Shown here piece by piece: positions 61,640 to 64,000 of a DNA stretch of 64,000 bases (its first letter is position 1; each line of letters starts with the position of its first letter). The position numbers and the translations under genes were made by a program. Source of the DNA: Candidatus Fermentibacterota bacterium (GTDB lineage Bacteria > Fermentibacterota > Fermentibacteria > Fermentibacterales > JCC-6); contig JAUWSQ010000001.1 of assembly GCA_030609965.1 (NCBI GenBank), forward strand, positions 37,811 to 101,810, written 5' to 3'. A model generated the notes under the pieces. That model ran no database searches. It was not told the DNA's origin and saw only the letters and a list, made by a program, of their open reading frames with translations.

Positions 61640-62242
61640 TTAATCGCGGTCCAGATCGGCTCCGAAGGATATCCGGTCCGCTGATCCTCCGGGGTCGAGA
61701 TTAACTCCACTGAACCTGCACACACCCGAAAGTGTGGCTATCATGATTCTCAGATCGTAGCAGGGACTTCGCTGACGTACATAGTGGGAATCAAGCCTTA
61801 TCTGTAATCTCTTATCCAGTCTGCCCTTCCGGAGGAGCAATAACTGCGCGGGGCCTGTCCAGCCCGGCCTGACTCTCTCGCGCAGTGATGTATCCAGACC
61901 CTTAAGAAGAGATGCAGGCAGCGGTCTCGGGCCCACAAAACTCATCCTGCCGATAAGTATAAGAAAGAGCTCGGGGAGTTCATCCAGGTGCAATCGGCGA
62001 AGAACCCTTCCACAGCAGTTGATCCTGTGAACCTCGAAAAACACCCGACCGGTTTCCCTCCCGCCCTTCATGGATCTGATCTTCGGGTGTGTGTACTCCA
62101 CTCCATACCGCCCGATGCGTTTTGACATGTAAACAGGCGGAAAGCCGATGAAAACCGAAGAGATAAATATGGTGACAAGGGTGAGAGGCAGAGTGATAAC
62201 GATAAGGATAAAGGCCGCAAGGGCTTCGAGTGCGCGCGGCAT
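61640..62242 (-). CDS. Bacterial sugar transferase (polyprenyl-phosphate glycosyl-1-phosphate transferase family)
   Basis: An N-terminal TM, then LDELPELFLILIGRMSFVGPRPLP and RPGWTGPAQ. Confidence 0.75.
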   Translation of the reverse strand: MPRALEALAAFILIVITLPLTLVTIFISSVFIGFPPVYMSKRIGRYGVEYTHPKIRSMKGGRETGRVFFEVHRINCCGRVLRRLHLDELPELFLILIGRMSFVGPRPLPASLLKGLDTSLRERVRPGWTGPAQLLLLRKGRLDKRLQIRLDSHYVRQRSPCYDLRIMIATLSGVCRFSGVNLDPGGSADRISFGADLDRD

Positions 62243-63657
62243 CAGAGTTCTTCTGAGCCCGCATAGGCTCTTATGCAGGAGATGAACTGGTCACCTCTCT
62301 GGAAAAGATCGATGAATAATGGAGCACCGCTGCATCCTGGAGAAAGAAGCAGAACTCCCTCTTCGTCAGGATCAAGACAGCTGATTCCGATATTAACGGC
62401 TTCATGCATGTCCCCGGCCGTTCTGAGTCGAGCGTCATTCATACCTTTCAAGGCATTTCTCAGTCTTATCGATGCAGGATCATCTCTGAACAGGATAACG
62501 CGGTGAACTCTCGCTCTGATAATCGACGCAAGGGGACCGTAGTCCAGGTTCTTATGCCCGCCCCCTCCGGCGATAAGCACAAGCTTCCCACCGCTGGGGT
62601 TCATGATAGCCCTGATCACTGAATCGGGTGTAGTGGCGGCGGAATCGTTGATGAAGCGGATTCTTCCATATCTGCCTGCGAACTGGTATCTATGGGGGAT
62701 GCCGGGAAAGGTAGCTATCCCGCCTGCAATACTAAATGGATCAGCACCTGCTGCAACGGCACAGCACACCGCCGGGGTGATGAGATCAAGATGGATGGGT
62801 ACCGCCATGTGCTCGGGAAGAGTATCAATACTGATGAGTCTGACCGGTTCGGGGTCTCTCCACATCAACCAGCCGTCCTCCAGATAAGAACCTTTTGCGG
62901 TGCCAGGCGGAGCATGGGTCGATGAGAAGTAGTACTTCTCCCCGGAGATCACCGGGAGAATCGTATCGTCAGCAGGCAGAATAATGACATCATCCGGGTT
63001 CTGGTGCCGTGCGATGGACTCCTTGTCGAATCTGTAGTCTGCAATGGAGCTGTACCAGTTCATATGATCGGCAAAGAAATTCAACCAGCAGCCGATATGT
63101 GGTGATCTTCGGTGCAGATTCATCTCCGAAAGCTGCCAGGAGGAAAGCTCGAGAACCGGGTAGATCGAGTCATCATCAACGAATCGCAGCGGTGAGACAC
63201 AGTTGTTCCCTGCCGCTACCGTCTTCACTCCCGCAGAACTGAGTATATGGCTGACAAGGTGCGTTGTGAAGCTTTTTCCCTTTGTCCCCGTAATTCCGGT
63301 CCAGGGGCTGGCTGCAATCTCGCAGAATATTCCTATCGGGCTCTCGACAGCTGCACCTGCATCCGAAGCTGCGGTCAGGAATTCGTTGCTGCGCTTAATA
63401 CCGGGATTCCTTATCACCAGGTCAGCTGAAATGAAATCTTCGACCCTGTGTTCTCCAAGTATGAACCTGATATTCATACCTGCCAGTTCAGCAATAGCAT
63501 CACCAAGAACGGATTCATCCAGAAGATCTGTTACGGTAACTCTGGCACCACGCGCATGGGCAAAAAGAGCAGAGCCAACTCCGCCGTCCTTTGTGCCAAG
63601 CCCCATTATCAGGACGTTTCTGTGCCGAAGATCATCAGATGACCTCCAGAGCCTCAC
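62242..63657 (-). CDS. murD: UDP-N-acetylmuramoylalanine--D-glutamate ligase-like Mur ligase
   Basis: N-terminal Rossmann fold (IMGLGTKDGGVGSALF...VTVTD), P-loop GITGTKGKSFT, and NDSAATTP and AGGGGHKN motifs. The symbol is by motif pattern. The gene is not in a dcw context within this window. Confidence 0.7.
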   Translation of the reverse strand: MRLWRSSDDLRHRNVLIMGLGTKDGGVGSALFAHARGARVTVTDLLDESVLGDAIAELAGMNIRFILGEHRVEDFISADLVIRNPGIKRSNEFLTAASDAGAAVESPIGIFCEIAASPWTGITGTKGKSFTTHLVSHILSSAGVKTVAAGNNCVSPLRFVDDDSIYPVLELSSWQLSEMNLHRRSPHIGCWLNFFADHMNWYSSIADYRFDKESIARHQNPDDVIILPADDTILPVISGEKYYFSSTHAPPGTAKGSYLEDGWLMWRDPEPVRLISIDTLPEHMAVPIHLDLITPAVCCAVAAGADPFSIAGGIATFPGIPHRYQFAGRYGRIRFINDSAATTPDSVIRAIMNPSGGKLVLIAGGGGHKNLDYGPLASIIRARVHRVILFRDDPASIRLRNALKGMNDARLRTAGDMHEAVNIGISCLDPDEEGVLLLSPGCSGAPLFIDLFQRGDQFISCIRAYAGSEEL

Positions 63658-64000
63658 GACAGAACCCCGAACAGCATCCTGTCAAGATGATGGAGATGAA
63701 GGTACTCGGGGTATTCCATACTGTACAGCTCGTAGAGCTTCTTACCGACATAGTGGTCATCGACGCCGCCGCAAACTGATCCGCATTGCTGCAGGGAGTT
63801 AAAACCGTTCCAGTCGAAATCTTCAGTCCACATGCAATCTGGTTTCGCGCGTCCAACGAATCTCTGGCAGGCATGAACCATTCCCCCCGGATCGATCAGC
63901 GCCGTTGCGATGCCTGCATTACACCTCAATTCAGGGATCCAGGATCCCAGGAGAAGTCTGTGATGACCTCCGAGCCGTATTGATCGGGAAGATGCTTCCG
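63654..64000 (-). CDS. C-terminal part of a Cys-rich protein, tentatively a radical-SAM SPASM-type domain (5' end beyond the window end)
   Basis: The reading frame is open from 64000 down to the stop at 63654. The track shows only 63654..63929 because it requires a start codon. CNAGIATALIDPGGMVHAC...CGSVCGG resembles SPASM auxiliary-cluster motifs. This is a weak call. Confidence 0.35.
   Translation of the reverse strand, partial: EASSRSIRLGGHHRLLLGSWIPELRCNAGIATALIDPGGMVHACQRFVGRAKPDCMWTEDFDWNGFNSLQQCGSVCGGVDDHYVGKKLYELYSMEYPEYLHLHHLDRMLFGVLS

Overview
The window is a densely coding chromosomal segment with about 52 protein genes. I saw no rRNA, tRNA or CRISPR array. It probably comes from an uncultivated anaerobic bacterium of the FCB type. 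The basis is that four proteins end in T9SS-type C-terminal sorting domains, a PorX-like REC-PglZ regulator is present, and the region encodes ferredoxin/NAD(P)H bifurcation enzymes and radical dehydratase-type enzymes. This taxonomic placement is inference only.

Layout from start to end:
- 1-5048: a giant secreted FG-GAP plus transglutaminase-like protein. It is absent from the supplied ORF track because it runs off the window. An FGE/SUMF1-domain lipoprotein sits upstream of it.
- 5215-13624: one long minus-strand operon: lipoprotein, LarA-family protein, histidine kinase, PorX-like regulator, tsaE, tsaB, a RimI-PNP fusion, folC and a small membrane protein.
- 13779-19252: a Tim44-like/zinc-ribbon/TerB membrane protein followed by two tandem TPR-HD-GYP paralogs.
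- 19375-24028: T9SS cargo genes (propeller protein, lipoprotein, C10 peptidase).
- 24055-29503: a histidine kinase, a degenerate sigma54-type regulator and a NatAB-like ABC exporter.
- 29552-30404: a Y1 (RAYT-type) transposase flanked by perfect palindromic REP-like hairpins.
- 30411-41552: a redox and nitrogen block. It holds a NuoE/NuoF/NuoG-GltD (Stn/Bfu-like) complex, a REC regulator with two RAM-like domains, canonical NfnAB, and gdhA transcribed divergently.
- 41539-43238: a 1.6 kb cassette bracketed by a duplicated gdhA 3' end and terminator.
- 43231-46230: a receiver-like plus PEP/pyruvate-binding-domain protein.
- 48435-53724: an operon of a methyltransferase, three 2-hydroxyacyl-CoA-dehydratase-like modules and an activase.
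- 53758-56959: an ABC-2 exporter and an FG-GAP T9SS cargo protein.
- 56970-57125: a 34-nt tandem repeat with an inverted copy.
- 57133-59680: a persulfide dioxygenase-rhodanese fusion and split YeeE/YedE genes.
- 59984-64000: an M6 peptidase, a sugar transferase, a MurD-like ligase and a partial SPASM-like gene.

All functional calls come from motif recognition by eye. No database search or computation was run. Start codons were refined by hand where a Shine-Dalgarno sequence or signal peptide argued for it.
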